Below are positions 43,637 to 52,471 of a DNA stretch of 64,000 nt, in pieces. This stretch comes from Escherichia phage AV110. The notes under the pieces are model-generated. The model had not been told where the DNA came from. It searched no databases and was given only the letters and a program-made list of their open reading frames with translations. Numbering within the stretch: the first letter of the stretch is position 1; every line of letters begins with the position of its first letter. The position numbers and the translations under genes were made by a program. The stretch lies in sequence record OR352940.1; one strand, written 5' to 3'.

Positions 43637-44053
43637 TTATGCAGCAACCATCTGCTTTTTAATAGCTTCAGGCAGTGATTCAATATATTCTGGAATTTTA
43701 GAAGCAACAATTTCGCCAGCTGCAATTAGTTGTTCGTCGGCATCAACACAGTAAAAATCTTCAAGGCGTTCAGAACCGTCTTTATCAAGAACGATTTTAG
43801 CACCTGCTTCGATAGAATCTTTATAGTGCTTACGCATCAAATGAATCCACATATCAGACACATCGTTATCAATAAAACCATAAATCATAAAACGAGTTTC
43901 TTGTGGCAAAGATTGGAGTTTTTTAGCACTTGCGTCATCACAATGCAGGACCCATGCTTTACGAACACGATTATGGTTATGCGGGTTAGCGTCAGTACGG
44001 ATAGAAGTAACTTTCAGATCAGCAGCGGTAAAACCTTTAGCAGTAGTAAACAT
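43637..44053 (-). CDS. rpbA: RpbA-position protein (RNA polymerase-binding protein in T4)
   Basis: 138 aa between 46/45.2 and 45 as in T4; by synteny only. Confidence 0.4.
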   Translation of the reverse strand: MFTTAKGFTAADLKVTSIRTDANPHNHNRVRKAWVLHCDDASAKKLQSLPQETRFMIYGFIDNDVSDMWIHLMRKHYKDSIEAGAKIVLDKDGSERLEDFYCVDADEQLIAAGEIVASKIPEYIESLPEAIKKQMVAA

Positions 44054-44065
44054 ATTATTTCTCTC

Positions 44066-44266
44066 TTATTCGTAGAAGTCGGTAACTGTCCATGCGGAAT
44101 TGCGATTAGACATTATTTTATTATACTCATCTTTAAAAGCAGATTTGAGCATTTGTTCAGTAACAATATGTTCTTCACCTGAAAACGTATTGGTCAAAAC
44201 ATATTTTTTAATTTCAGGGACAACGAGAAGATGTTGTCCAGTTGAATACTCCATGTTGTTCTCCAT
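44066..44266 (-). CDS. hypothetical protein (66 aa)
   Basis: Position of T4 45.2; GGAG RBS. Confidence 0.45.
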   Translation of the reverse strand: MENNMEYSTGQHLLVVPEIKKYVLTNTFSGEEHIVTEQMLKSAFKDEYNKIMSNRNSAWTVTDFYE

Positions 44267-44282
44267 TTAATTTGATGTGGTC

Positions 44283-44310
44283 ATTATAACCACATCGTGT
44301 TAAAGCGTTT
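44283..44310 (-). promoter_or_regulatory. possible middle promoter (GCTTTA box, 12 bp, TATAAT)
   Basis: MotA-box-like ACGCTTTA directly after gene 46 stop, TATAAT 12 bp downstream; same module at 59342-59366. Confidence 0.35.
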
Positions 44311-45997
44311 ATGAAACAGTCATTACAGTAAATCGTCCAACTTTGCTCATTTGCAAATGTTGTCCATAACGTTGAGGGTCATGGTCCCTATGAGAAATAA
44401 TGAACACGTTAGTATTTTGTAAACTTCCAAGAATGGTATCTATAGCCTTAACAGCTTCAGAATCAACTGCCCCATCAAAAACCTCATCAAGAATCAGAGT
44501 GTTGATTTTAACACCAGAGACCTTTTCAGCAATATCTCGCCATGTAAACAACAACGCGATATCAATGCGTGCTTTTTCACCTTGACTAAATGAAGCATAA
44601 CTAAAATCTTCACGACCACGTGATTTTATAGATTCATTGAATTCTTCATCAATAGAAAACACGTAATCAGCTTCCATAATTTTAAGATAATGGTTAATCT
44701 GCTTGTTGAACAGAGGCACATATTTTTTAATGATAGCACCTTTAATACCAGAATCTTTTAACATATCTGTGATAATACCACGATGGTATTTTTCAAGAAC
44801 GATATCCGATTTTGTTTTAATGATTTTATCAAGTTCTTTTTGAAGCAAAGCTATCTCATCGGCATGGTCGATAAATTCTGCTGAGGCTTGCTCTATTGCA
44901 GCTTTAACTTTCTTAGCTTTATCAATAGTGGCAATCATTGCTTGTTTCTTGGTACGAATATCAGATGCAAGGTCCTGTTTAGTCTTAACATTAGCTCTAT
45001 ATTCGTCCACTAGGACACTCAGATTATCTCTGTGACATGTAAGTTGCTCGAATGAGTGATTACATTCATGAAGCTTATCGGTAATCTTAGAGACAATAGG
45101 ATCACCCTGGTGCAACTGTGATGCGCAAGTAGGACATGTACCGCCGTCATGATACATCTTAATAACTTTGTTGTATGAGTCAATTTTAGATTTAATCAAG
45201 AATGCTTCTTGTCCTATCTTGTTGAATGCCTCAGTAGGGTCTTCATCAAGAACGATATTAAGTAGTCGCTCATTAGCTTCTTCGATTTCTGCTTTTAATG
45301 AACGAGCTTCTTTGGCTAGGTCGTCATACATATTCTGTAGACGCGCTACATTATCACCAGATAATTTCTTTTGACGTTCGATATTCTCGTTATAAATCTT
45401 AATTTGTTGGATAACACCATCTTTCTTGGCATCGAGAACTTGTCCCTGAGAATTAAGTTCGCGAACTTGAGACTTATTGATTTTATCCATTTCAGCGAGT
45501 GTGCCGACTTCTAAAAGGTCTTCGACAAGTTTTCTACGAGCAGGGGTGCTAAGAGCCATGAAAGGGGTATACCCTGCCGTCCCAAGCACAACGATCTGTT
45601 TAAAAGACGCGTATGACATTCCGATGCTACGTTCAAATTCTTCTTGGAAGTCACGACTGCTGGCAGATTCATCGAGACGAACACCGTCAACGGAGATTTC
45701 GAAAATATTGGGCTTTTGGCCACGTTTAATGAAGTATTTTTTATCATCGAATTCCATCCAAAGCTCAACTAAGAGCTCTTTCTTGTTCGTGCTATTAATG
45801 ATTTGTCCTTTCTTAACATCACGAAATGGTTTACCGAAAAGTCCGAAAGTAATGGCTTCTAACATCGTAGATTTACCACCGCCATTTTTACCGGTGATTA
45901 AGGTCTTTTGGACTTTATCTAATTGGATATCGATAGGATTCCCACCTACCGACATGATGTTTTGATAACGAACACGATTTAATTTAAATGATTTCAT
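44309..45997 (-). CDS. 46: recombination endonuclease subunit gp46 (Rad50/SbcC-like ATPase)
   Basis: 562 aa; Walker A GKNGGGKST, coiled-coil middle with CPTC zinc hook, signature and D-loop region at C-terminus. Confidence 0.9.
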   Translation of the reverse strand: MKSFKLNRVRYQNIMSVGGNPIDIQLDKVQKTLITGKNGGGKSTMLEAITFGLFGKPFRDVKKGQIINSTNKKELLVELWMEFDDKKYFIKRGQKPNIFEISVDGVRLDESASSRDFQEEFERSIGMSYASFKQIVVLGTAGYTPFMALSTPARRKLVEDLLEVGTLAEMDKINKSQVRELNSQGQVLDAKKDGVIQQIKIYNENIERQKKLSGDNVARLQNMYDDLAKEARSLKAEIEEANERLLNIVLDEDPTEAFNKIGQEAFLIKSKIDSYNKVIKMYHDGGTCPTCASQLHQGDPIVSKITDKLHECNHSFEQLTCHRDNLSVLVDEYRANVKTKQDLASDIRTKKQAMIATIDKAKKVKAAIEQASAEFIDHADEIALLQKELDKIIKTKSDIVLEKYHRGIITDMLKDSGIKGAIIKKYVPLFNKQINHYLKIMEADYVFSIDEEFNESIKSRGREDFSYASFSQGEKARIDIALLFTWRDIAEKVSGVKINTLILDEVFDGAVDSEAVKAIDTILGSLQNTNVFIISHRDHDPQRYGQHLQMSKVGRFTVMTVS

Positions 45998-46248
45998 ATG
46001 TATTCTCTTCGAATGAAGTCCTCTACATATTTTAACATGTCATCTCTATCAGCAAAATATTCATCTAGTTCTGCATACATAACAACACCTGGTGCATACT
46101 CACAGGTAACATACATTGTTCCAAAGAAACGAGGAGTTGATTCCTCGTAATTCTCAGTCCATTCAACGATACCAATATAACCGTCACCAATACTAAATTC
46201 ATGACGATGGATTTCATAATCAGTCTTCGTCATTATACGCATCCTCAA
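45994..46248 (-). CDS. hypothetical protein (84 aa)
   Basis: Position of T4 46.1; coupled. Confidence 0.5.
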   Translation of the reverse strand: MRMRIMTKTDYEIHRHEFSIGDGYIGIVEWTENYEESTPRFFGTMYVTCEYAPGVVMYAELDEYFADRDDMLKYVEDFIRREYI

Positions 46249-46477
46249 TACACGCTTCAGCCATTTTAAGAATAGAGCCGGGAGTATCGTTGTCCATTAT
46301 ATTAAAGCTAAATTCAATAGCCCAGTCGGTGCAGACATGAACTGCTTTAACTTCATTGCCTTCAACGCGTAATGGCTCAATCCAATACTTGATGGTGTTC
46401 TCGAATCCATCATCGTCTTTAACGTCTATTTCAACTTCAAGCCCGAGCCCAGCATTGTTAAATTCATCTAAAGTCAT
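46220..46477 (-). CDS. hypothetical protein (85 aa)
   Basis: Position of T4 46.2; coupled. Confidence 0.5.
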   Translation of the reverse strand: MTLDEFNNAGLGLEVEIDVKDDDGFENTIKYWIEPLRVEGNEVKAVHVCTDWAIEFSFNIMDNDTPGSILKMAEACIEDAYNDED

Positions 46478-47493
46478 TGTGTTGCCTCAATATAAAGTTC
46501 GTTGGAATATTTGACCAGCGCTTCTCTGTCTTCGTCTGAGATATCTGGAATCGCGTCAATATATTCTTTAATGATATCTTGAAGTGATTTAATCTCAATT
46601 TCCTGGTCATCATCAGATTCAACACTGTTATCAAATTTAGAAACCATACGAAGAGAGTGAACTACTTTTTCAAGTTCAGATTCAAACTTAGTCAACTCTG
46701 AATCAATTTCTGATACTATAACACGTACGGCTAGATTAGTATAATCAGAATAATTAATTTTGCCTTTAAACGGATAAGTGATTCGTCGATGCCATGTTGT
46801 TTCATTAGGAATAAATTCCATACGTTCAACATCAGTGTCAAATACCCAGAATCCGCGTGGGTCGTTCTCATCGCCTGCAGTAAGGGTCCATGGTGTCCCA
46901 ATATATTTGACGTTAGCAGCTTCAGAGATTGTGTGGAAGTGGCCGGACCAGACTTGTTTATAGGTCTTTAAGAAATCAGGTTCAAGCCCATGAGACTTCA
47001 TTCCTTTATAGAAATAAAAGCCATTTAATTCCCAGTGCCCAACACAATACGCGGCGGAAGAAGTCTTGATGTGCTCTAAGATTTCACCTGTATTTTCTTC
47101 ACACATCCATGGAACGATATCAATCAGACATCCGTCAAAATCTACAGTAGTCGGATGCTCGTAAATAGTAAAGTTTTCAAATTGAGTTAACAATTCAGAA
47201 ACAGTGTTAGGTGTTATTGTATTCTTAAACGCCATGTCATGGTTTCCTATCGTGACATGAACGTGAATGCCTGCTTTAGAAATCATATCAACGATTTCAC
47301 GATTGAATTCCATTGTACGATGTGTTATTGCTTTACGGACGTCAAACCAATCACCGTACTGAATCCAAGTTTTAATCCCGTGTTTCTTAGAGTATTCAAT
47401 TGCTTGTTGAATACCATCACGTTGAATATCTTGAACCCATGGGTCGTCTTGTTTGACTCCGATATGGAAGTCGCCTAAGTGCAAAATTTTCAT
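46474..47493 (-). CDS. 47: recombination endonuclease subunit gp47 (Mre11/SbcD-like)
   Basis: 339 aa; calcineurin-like phosphoesterase motifs (LHLGDFH, GDWFD, GNHD, GHWE, GHFH). Confidence 0.9.
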   Translation of the reverse strand: MKILHLGDFHIGVKQDDPWVQDIQRDGIQQAIEYSKKHGIKTWIQYGDWFDVRKAITHRTMEFNREIVDMISKAGIHVHVTIGNHDMAFKNTITPNTVSELLTQFENFTIYEHPTTVDFDGCLIDIVPWMCEENTGEILEHIKTSSAAYCVGHWELNGFYFYKGMKSHGLEPDFLKTYKQVWSGHFHTISEAANVKYIGTPWTLTAGDENDPRGFWVFDTDVERMEFIPNETTWHRRITYPFKGKINYSDYTNLAVRVIVSEIDSELTKFESELEKVVHSLRMVSKFDNSVESDDDQEIEIKSLQDIIKEYIDAIPDISDEDREALVKYSNELYIEATQ

Positions 47494-47545
47494 ATTATTT
47501 CCTCATTAGTTAATTCATTTTATCATCCGTTTATAAAGCAAAAAA

Positions 47546-47563
47546 GGAACTCCGAAGAGTTCC
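47546..47563 (-). terminator. intrinsic terminator upstream of gene 47
   Basis: GGAACUC-UUCG-GAGUUCC followed by UUUUUUGCUUU. Confidence 0.6.
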
Positions 47564-47736
47564 TATCCACATAGTACACCGTACAGAGGCTCATTTGAAC
47601 TTTTAAATCGAATGGGCTTGTACGTAATAGTTCCTTCGGCAGAAGCTTTATCATAAGACTCTTTAAAACGTCTCATTCTTTCTGCTTTGCCTTTACGGAT
47701 TTTATCGAAATTTTCAGAAGTCGGGATGTTCGTCAT
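47563..47736 (-). CDS. small protein (57 aa)
   Basis: Hand-found ORF with GAGGTG RBS, followed directly by UUCG hairpin terminator; below track cut-off. Confidence 0.35.
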   Translation of the reverse strand: MTNIPTSENFDKIRKGKAERMRRFKESYDKASAEGTITYKPIRFKSSNEPLYGVLCG

Positions 47737-47775
47737 GCATAATCACCTCTCAGAAAATACCTAAACCGATTTCTC

Positions 47776-47997
47776 TCATCGTTTCCACCATTTCTTAACT
47801 TGAAATGAATCGACCCACACGAGTTGTTTTGGGTCTGCCTTTACAATAGGCGGACAAATTTCTGTAATAGAACCGTCGTGATATTCCTTTTCAGAAATTT
47901 TAACACAAAGAGGACCTCCCAATTTAAGGGTGAACCCTGCGTTCAGCTTCAGATGTTTAAACTTTGTTTGAACTAGCGCCATTAATGATGTCCTCAA
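47776..47997 (-). CDS. hypothetical protein (73 aa)
   Basis: Short ORF in the region where T4 carries alpha-gt. Confidence 0.4.
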   Translation of the reverse strand: MRTSLMALVQTKFKHLKLNAGFTLKLGGPLCVKISEKEYHDGSITEICPPIVKADPKQLVWVDSFQVKKWWKR

Positions 47998-48280
47998 TAG
48001 CCTGACGAGTAGTAACCCACTGGATTTTAATTAACTTGTCATTGTATGGTTGTCGTAGAATATCCCGAGATTTCTTAATAGCATATTCGTAAGCTTCGAA
48101 GTTGTTTTGAATTGCTGCTTCTTGAGCATGTGCATAAAGACGGTTTAGTTCAAAACGATTCTTTTTAAGAATCTTTTCGGATTTTTTACGTGCTTCAGCT
48201 TCATTTTTCTTTTGGATTTCTTGTAGCATTTTAGCTACTGCATCTTCTGCTTCTTTATTTTCAATAATCTCGGTAGTCAT
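47957..48280 (-). CDS. hypothetical protein (107 aa)
   Basis: Charged, probably helical. Confidence 0.5.
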   Translation of the reverse strand: MTTEIIENKEAEDAVAKMLQEIQKKNEAEARKKSEKILKKNRFELNRLYAHAQEAAIQNNFEAYEYAIKKSRDILRQPYNDKLIKIQWVTTRQAIEDIINGASSNKV

Positions 48281-48281
48281 A

Positions 48282-48575
48282 TTATCTCATTAAATTAAAA
48301 TAAAAACGTCCGTCCTCTTCAATACAGAACTCGTACTCAACTGGAGTTCCATTTATCGAAAATGACACGTCATGTGGGTTCAAAGGGTCGATGTCAAAAT
48401 TAATTTTAAATTCTCGACCCAACAGTTTTACCAAATAAGGGATTGCTTCGTCAAAAGGTTCTTCTAAGTAGTTAGAGATGTCAATTGTCATCCTCATATA
48501 AAAAATCCAAACTAGGCGAATCGCTAACAACTTCCTTCTTTTCAGCCCCAGGAGCTTTATAAGCGGATTCTTCAT
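48282..48575 (-). CDS. hypothetical protein, start uncertain
   Basis: 5' part overlaps gene 55 3' end in another frame; likely starts at internal Met near 48491-48497. Confidence 0.3.
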   Translation of the reverse strand: MKNPLIKLLGLKRRKLLAIRLVWIFYMRMTIDISNYLEEPFDEAIPYLVKLLGREFKINFDIDPLNPHDVSFSINGTPVEYEFCIEEDGRFYFNLMR

Positions 48576-49038
48576 AATGCGTCATTTTATCGTAGATGTC
48601 TTGAATAAACGTTTCATCTACCAACGCTACCATATCATCGTCATGACTGTCGTAGACATTATGAACGAAGTAACTATATTTCTTTGCAACTTCCTTACGT
48701 TCTTTTTTGATACGTTGGACAAAAGCATTAAAACAAGCTCGAGTTATGTATGCATGTGGGTTATTGTACTTAGTTTCGTCGAAATTATGAAGTCCCTTAA
48801 TAGAGGCTTCAATCCCATCTGCAATCATCTCCTGCTTCCAAGACTGGGTATATCCTGAAAAGTTGAAACGTTTGGACAGGCCTTCGGCGATAAGCATAAT
48901 TGCTAAACCGATAGTATCATTCTGACGAATAATTTTGTTTGGGTCTTTATTATTTAAGAGCTCCTTTTTCCACTCGATTATAGCGGCGAGAAGCTCTTTA
49001 TTATTCACATAGTTATTTTTAGGTTTTTGTTCAGTCAT
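48481..49038 (-). CDS. 55: late sigma factor gp55
   Basis: 185 aa from [17 protein letters not shown] (ATG 49038, AGAGG RBS); matches T4 gp55 in length and sequence as recalled. Confidence 0.85.
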   Translation of the reverse strand: MTEQKPKNNYVNNKELLAAIIEWKKELLNNKDPNKIIRQNDTIGLAIMLIAEGLSKRFNFSGYTQSWKQEMIADGIEASIKGLHNFDETKYNNPHAYITRACFNAFVQRIKKERKEVAKKYSYFVHNVYDSHDDDMVALVDETFIQDIYDKMTHYEESAYKAPGAEKKEVVSDSPSLDFLYEDDN

Positions 49039-49110
49039 AAGTACCTCTTGGCTCAATTCATAGGTCTATTATATCATAATATTTAGAGACCTATCTTAAA
49101 GCACGAGATA

Positions 49111-49380
49111 CTATCGGAGCAAACAATAAGCCTGAAACACTTTTTCCATTAAACGTTTGAACTCATGGATATCGATATAAAGCTCAGTAAGACCGGCATT
49201 ATAAAGAAAATCTAAAAAGTTCTCATGTGTTTCGTTATAGTCGCCTTCGTTTAATTGAGATACATGAGTTTCCCAAAAACCAACACCTTTAACGAATGGA
49301 AAATACGTGACTTTCATGTATTCGTCAACATAAAATTCGCCAAGCTTTTCTTCAGTTATACTGATTCGAGTTAATTTCAT
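49111..49380 (-). CDS. hypothetical protein (89 aa)
   Basis: Position of T4 55.x genes. Confidence 0.5.
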   Translation of the reverse strand: MKLTRISITEEKLGEFYVDEYMKVTYFPFVKGVGFWETHVSQLNEGDYNETHENFLDFLYNAGLTELYIDIHEFKRLMEKVFQAYCLLR

Positions 49381-49604
49381 TCTAGTTCCTTTGCTGCTTC
49401 AAGAGCAGCATCCAGCGAGTCAAATTGGTCAACGAAATCAATATTCAACGCATCGTCAACCGTAGCATATAACCACCATTGTTTGAATTCGTATTCTAGA
49501 ATAAATCCAGGACCTTCAATCTGAGGAAGACCTAGGCTATTTGTACCAACTTCGTAACCAGCTAGATGCAGGTCATTAATCAAAATTTCTGTTAATACGC
49601 TCAT
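49377..49604 (-). CDS. hypothetical protein (75 aa)
   Basis: Acidic; ATGA-coupled. Confidence 0.5.
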   Translation of the reverse strand: MSVLTEILINDLHLAGYEVGTNSLGLPQIEGPGFILEYEFKQWWLYATVDDALNIDFVDQFDSLDAALEAAKELE

Positions 49605-49933
49605 TTTACCGCCTTAACAATTTTCAAGTCAGCGAATTTTTTCTTACGTTGATTTTTCATACGACGGATAGTTTTTTCAGAGATTTCATGTTTCTGATAA
49701 GCTTTAGATTCAACACCAAATGCAGCAACGTCAAATTCAGAAAGAATATATTGTACTAGAATTTCGCGAATAGAATTACGTCCAATTTTCTGGTCGTGTT
49801 TTTGCATGATTTCATAAAGACGGAATTCCCACGCGTCAAGAACTTGAGGAGTAACAATATTGCCGGATTCCAGAAGAGCAACAACTTTATCGAAAGCGAA
49901 AGAATTAACTACGTTTTTGATTTTAGTAGACAT
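49601..49933 (-). CDS. hypothetical protein (about 110 aa)
   Basis: Start taken at MSTKIKNVV (ATG 49933, GGA RBS); track start lies inside the promoter. Confidence 0.5.
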   Translation of the reverse strand: MSTKIKNVVNSFAFDKVVALLESGNIVTPQVLDAWEFRLYEIMQKHDQKIGRNSIREILVQYILSEFDVAAFGVESKAYQKHEISEKTIRRMKNQRKKKFADLKIVKAVK

Positions 49934-49970
49934 ATTATTTTCCTCGGTTATTTTATTATCCAACGAGAGA

Positions 49971-50000
49971 ATTATACTCATCTCTCAAGAGTTTGTATAC
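49971..50000 (-). promoter_or_regulatory. early-type promoter (GTATAC-18-TATAAT)
   Basis: Repeat of the 4997-5026 element. Confidence 0.4.
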
Positions 50001-50239
50001 TATTTTTTAAGCATGAAAAGTAAGTAATTTGTATCACGTGGAGTAATATCAACACCCATATCAAAGATGCCTTTATAGATTGGGTATTTGTTTTCGGTTG
50101 TATCGAAGCTGAAACTATTTCCATCACAACTAACAGTAATAGCATCTGTTAAAATGTCATACTCAATCCTAACAATTGAATCCCCAATTTTAACGTCTAG
50201 GTGTTTTTTGAATTTGATAAAATCTAATTCTTGGGCCAT
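50000..50239 (-). CDS. hypothetical protein (79 aa)
   Basis: GAGGAAAA RBS; promoter with 12-bp inverted repeat upstream. Confidence 0.5.
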   Translation of the reverse strand: MAQELDFIKFKKHLDVKIGDSIVRIEYDILTDAITVSCDGNSFSFDTTENKYPIYKGIFDMGVDITPRDTNYLLFMLKK

Positions 50240-50270
50240 GATATTTTCCTCATTTTAAGACGATAGGAAG

Positions 50271-50299
50271 ATAATAACATGTCTTCCTATCGTTGTACA
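50271..50299 (-). promoter_or_regulatory. early-type promoter (TGTACA-17-TATTAT) inside 12-bp perfect inverted repeat
   Basis: Arms ACGATAGGAAGA / TCTTCCTATCGT (about 50260-50293) bracket the -10. Confidence 0.45.
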
Positions 50300-50302
50300 T
50301 TA

Positions 50303-50515
50303 TTAACCGAACTTTTTAGCGCCTTTCCAGCCTTCGTACATAACTGCGCAAGTCAGTAGTACAGCGTGCTGGCATTCTTTGTATTTGTAAATCCAGAACC
50401 AGCGTAAGAAGTCTTCGTCCTCAACACCGTTGAGTTTCATATTGGCAAAGAATTCGGCCCGTTCTTCACGAAGCTTTTGCGATAACATAGATTCAGGATT
50501 CATTTTGTGTTCCAC
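50303..50515 (-). CDS. hypothetical protein (70 aa)
   Basis: ORF. Confidence 0.45.
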   Translation of the reverse strand: MEHKMNPESMLSQKLREERAEFFANMKLNGVEDEDFLRWFWIYKYKECQHAVLLTCAVMYEGWKGAKKFG

Positions 50516-50634
50516 ACCCCATTTTCATCGATGAACTTAATCCAGTCATTTACAGACCATTTAGTTGTATCACCCTTTGGATTAACATTTAAAGTATATA
50601 ATCCCTGCTTAAAAAGCATTCGTTTGATATTCAT
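50500..50634 (-). CDS. small protein (about 44 aa)
   Basis: Start taken at MNIKRML with GAGGAA RBS; track ORF 50500..50727 overlaps upstream gene. Confidence 0.3.
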   Translation of the reverse strand: MNIKRMLFKQGLYTLNVNPKGDTTKWSVNDWIKFIDENGVWNTK

Positions 50635-50641
50635 AATTTCC

Positions 50642-50935
50642 TCAACTGTAACGATAACATTCGTTAGCTTTACGTTTGGCTTCAGTATGAGAAGTATTAT
50701 AATCATAATCTTCTTTACTGTAAACATCTTTTTTCAACTTACGAACTTCTTTGCGGAGTTGTCGATTCATTTCATTCTTGACTTCAGAATCAACGCCTTT
50801 CATACGTTTCCATTTATCTGAGCGGAAAATGTTTTCAACCATGACTTTGTGGCTAACACCGTCAGGAGCTTTACGCTTACCAAAATAGTCGTAATCGCGA
50901 ACTTTCAAATCTTTACGACGATATGTTTTACCCAT
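50642..50935 (-). CDS. highly basic protein (about 97 aa)
   Basis: Start MGKTYRRKDLK (ATG 50935, GAGG RBS); Lys/Arg-rich throughout, probable nucleic-acid binder. Confidence 0.45.
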   Translation of the reverse strand: MGKTYRRKDLKVRDYDYFGKRKAPDGVSHKVMVENIFRSDKWKRMKGVDSEVKNEMNRQLRKEVRKLKKDVYSKEDYDYNTSHTEAKRKANECYRYS

Positions 50936-50942
50936 AAGTACC

Positions 50943-51191
50943 TCAGAGGTTGATTGATACAATGCGTTTGATAAAATTCACTTCACTTACTGAAAGGTCT
51001 TTAAGACCGATTGATTCTAAACGCTGAGTAAGCGTCAACATTGGGATATAATCCCAATGAGTTTTATTTGCTTGATAAGTACGAACGCCATTAGCAATTT
51101 CAACATACAAATCGGAAATGGTAACGAATACCGGTCGCTCGTTATTTACATTAAGAGATAGAACAACTTTCTTTGAATCTAAACTAATCAT
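50943..51191 (-). CDS. hypothetical protein (82 aa)
   Basis: ORF. Confidence 0.45.
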   Translation of the reverse strand: MISLDSKKVVLSLNVNNERPVFVTISDLYVEIANGVRTYQANKTHWDYIPMLTLTQRLESIGLKDLSVSEVNFIKRIVSINL

Positions 51192-51370
51192 GGCTTAATT
51201 TCCTTCGCAATTGAACAGAAGATACCACGGTCACAAAGCATTTCACCAATTTCTGGATATTTGATTGAACGGTACCAAACATCCAGGTTTGAAACTTTGG
51301 TTATCTGTACTGCATTACCGTTGACAGAATAGTACTGGTCAACCTTAATTTCTTTATCTTCAATTGTCAT
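51188..51370 (-). CDS. hypothetical protein (about 60 aa)
   Basis: Start taken at MTIEDKEIK (ATG 51370, GGA RBS); track start lies in promoter. Confidence 0.4.
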   Translation of the reverse strand: MTIEDKEIKVDQYYSVNGNAVQITKVSNLDVWYRSIKYPEIGEMLCDRGIFCSIAKEIKP

Positions 51371-51398
51371 TTTATTTTCCTCTATAGTAGATGGTTTA

Positions 51399-51428
51399 AT
51401 CTTAACACATTTATTGAGGATGTAAACT
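51399..51428 (-). promoter_or_regulatory. early promoter (GTTTAC-18-TAAGAT)
   Basis: Intergenic, upstream of ORF 51188..51370. Confidence 0.4.
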
Positions 51429-51519
51429 GTTTTATGAAAATATTTTTTGATTTGAGAGGGGCACAAGGAGATAGTGAAGTGAAGATTCCAATGGATTATA
51501 TTAGAAATGAGATAAAGAA

Positions 51520-51538
51520 GACCAGGCGGCACCTGGTC
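51520..51538 (-). terminator. hairpin terminator downstream of NrdH-like gene
   Basis: GACCAGG...CCUGGUC overlapping stop codon, U-rich tail. Confidence 0.4.
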
Positions 51539-52034
51539 AATCTTCTATGATATCAGAGTCATATCCTAATGAAATCAAGGACTTTTTAAACTCTGCAATA
51601 TTCTTTTGTTTCTTATCATTTAAAAATATGACAGGATAACGAATATTAAGTGAAGTGAATCCTGCACGTTTAGCAAGAGATACGATTAAAGGACGGTCAT
51701 ATTCAATCTTACCATTGTTAGTGAGGACTTTATAAAATGTATAAGGAGCATTGAGCTCCTTTAAAAGTTTTGTAACAGTATAACATCCTGGACAACGTCC
51801 AACTTCTTCAGGGATGCCATAAACTTCAATTTTATTCTTTGGGTTCGAGTTTTGTTCCACGAGAAATAATTCCTTGATAAGCCCAGTACGGCGGGTTAAC
51901 AGAATCATCACCAGAATTTTCTTCAGGGAAATAAACCTGAATAACGAATCCGGATTCGTCAAAGGTAAAATACACTGTAGGCAGTTCACCAAGCAATTCG
52001 GAACGAGCGTTAATTTCTTCGAGGTCTTGCTCAC
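51537..52034 (-). CDS. thioredoxin-fold redox protein (NrdH/glutaredoxin-like), start uncertain
   Basis: C-terminal about 100 aa carry KIEVYGIPEEVGRCPGCY redox motif; N-terminal 60 codons overlap the upstream ORF and look non-genic; no ATG at domain start (possible GTG near 51860). Confidence 0.5.
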   Translation of the reverse strand: MSKTSKKLTLVPNCLVNCLQCILPLTNPDSLFRFISLKKILVMILLTRRTGLIKELFLVEQNSNPKNKIEVYGIPEEVGRCPGCYTVTKLLKELNAPYTFYKVLTNNGKIEYDRPLIVSLAKRAGFTSLNIRYPVIFLNDKKQKNIAEFKKSLISLGYDSDIIED

Positions 52035-52143
52035 GTCCAGCCCAAAAACTAGGATTTAAACTACATTCGTAAAAATAATAGTCATTACCAAACATATCAA
52101 AACCCTTCCAACTCTCTACCACGTACCGCTCAAAACTAATCAT
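51832..52143 (-). CDS. hypothetical acidic protein (103 aa)
   Basis: Protein-like composition. Confidence 0.45.
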   Translation of the reverse strand: MISFERYVVESWKGFDMFGNDYYFYECSLNPSFWAGREQDLEEINARSELLGELPTVYFTFDESGFVIQVYFPEENSGDDSVNPPYWAYQGIISRGTKLEPKE

Positions 52144-52145
52144 AA

Positions 52146-52361
52146 TTAAGCCTTTTTATCAAGAACAGAATTCAGTTTATTAGTAATTTTGTCCAAACGT
52201 TCATTGAATTCGCTGGAGGATAAACCCTTTTCCGGAGAAATTAAACTAATCACGAAAAATACACCAGTAAAAGGAATAAGAAAAATAGCTCCAACTGCCA
52301 TAAACAAAAAGAACGTTACAGTTGTAAGAAAATCAGCTAAACCTTTACGAAATTTATACAT
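52146..52361 (-). CDS. small membrane protein (71 aa)
   Basis: Central hydrophobic segment FFLFMAVGAIFLIPFTGVFFVISLI. Confidence 0.45.
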   Translation of the reverse strand: MYKFRKGLADFLTTVTFFLFMAVGAIFLIPFTGVFFVISLISPEKGLSSSEFNERLDKITNKLNSVLDKKA

Positions 52362-52471
52362 ATTTACCCTTAATTAACTAAGCATTGATAAGCATTAAAC
52401 TATATTGCGAATAAAATTCTGGACCAAAATTAAAAATCATATCATTTATAGTATCCATAATGTAATTCAAT

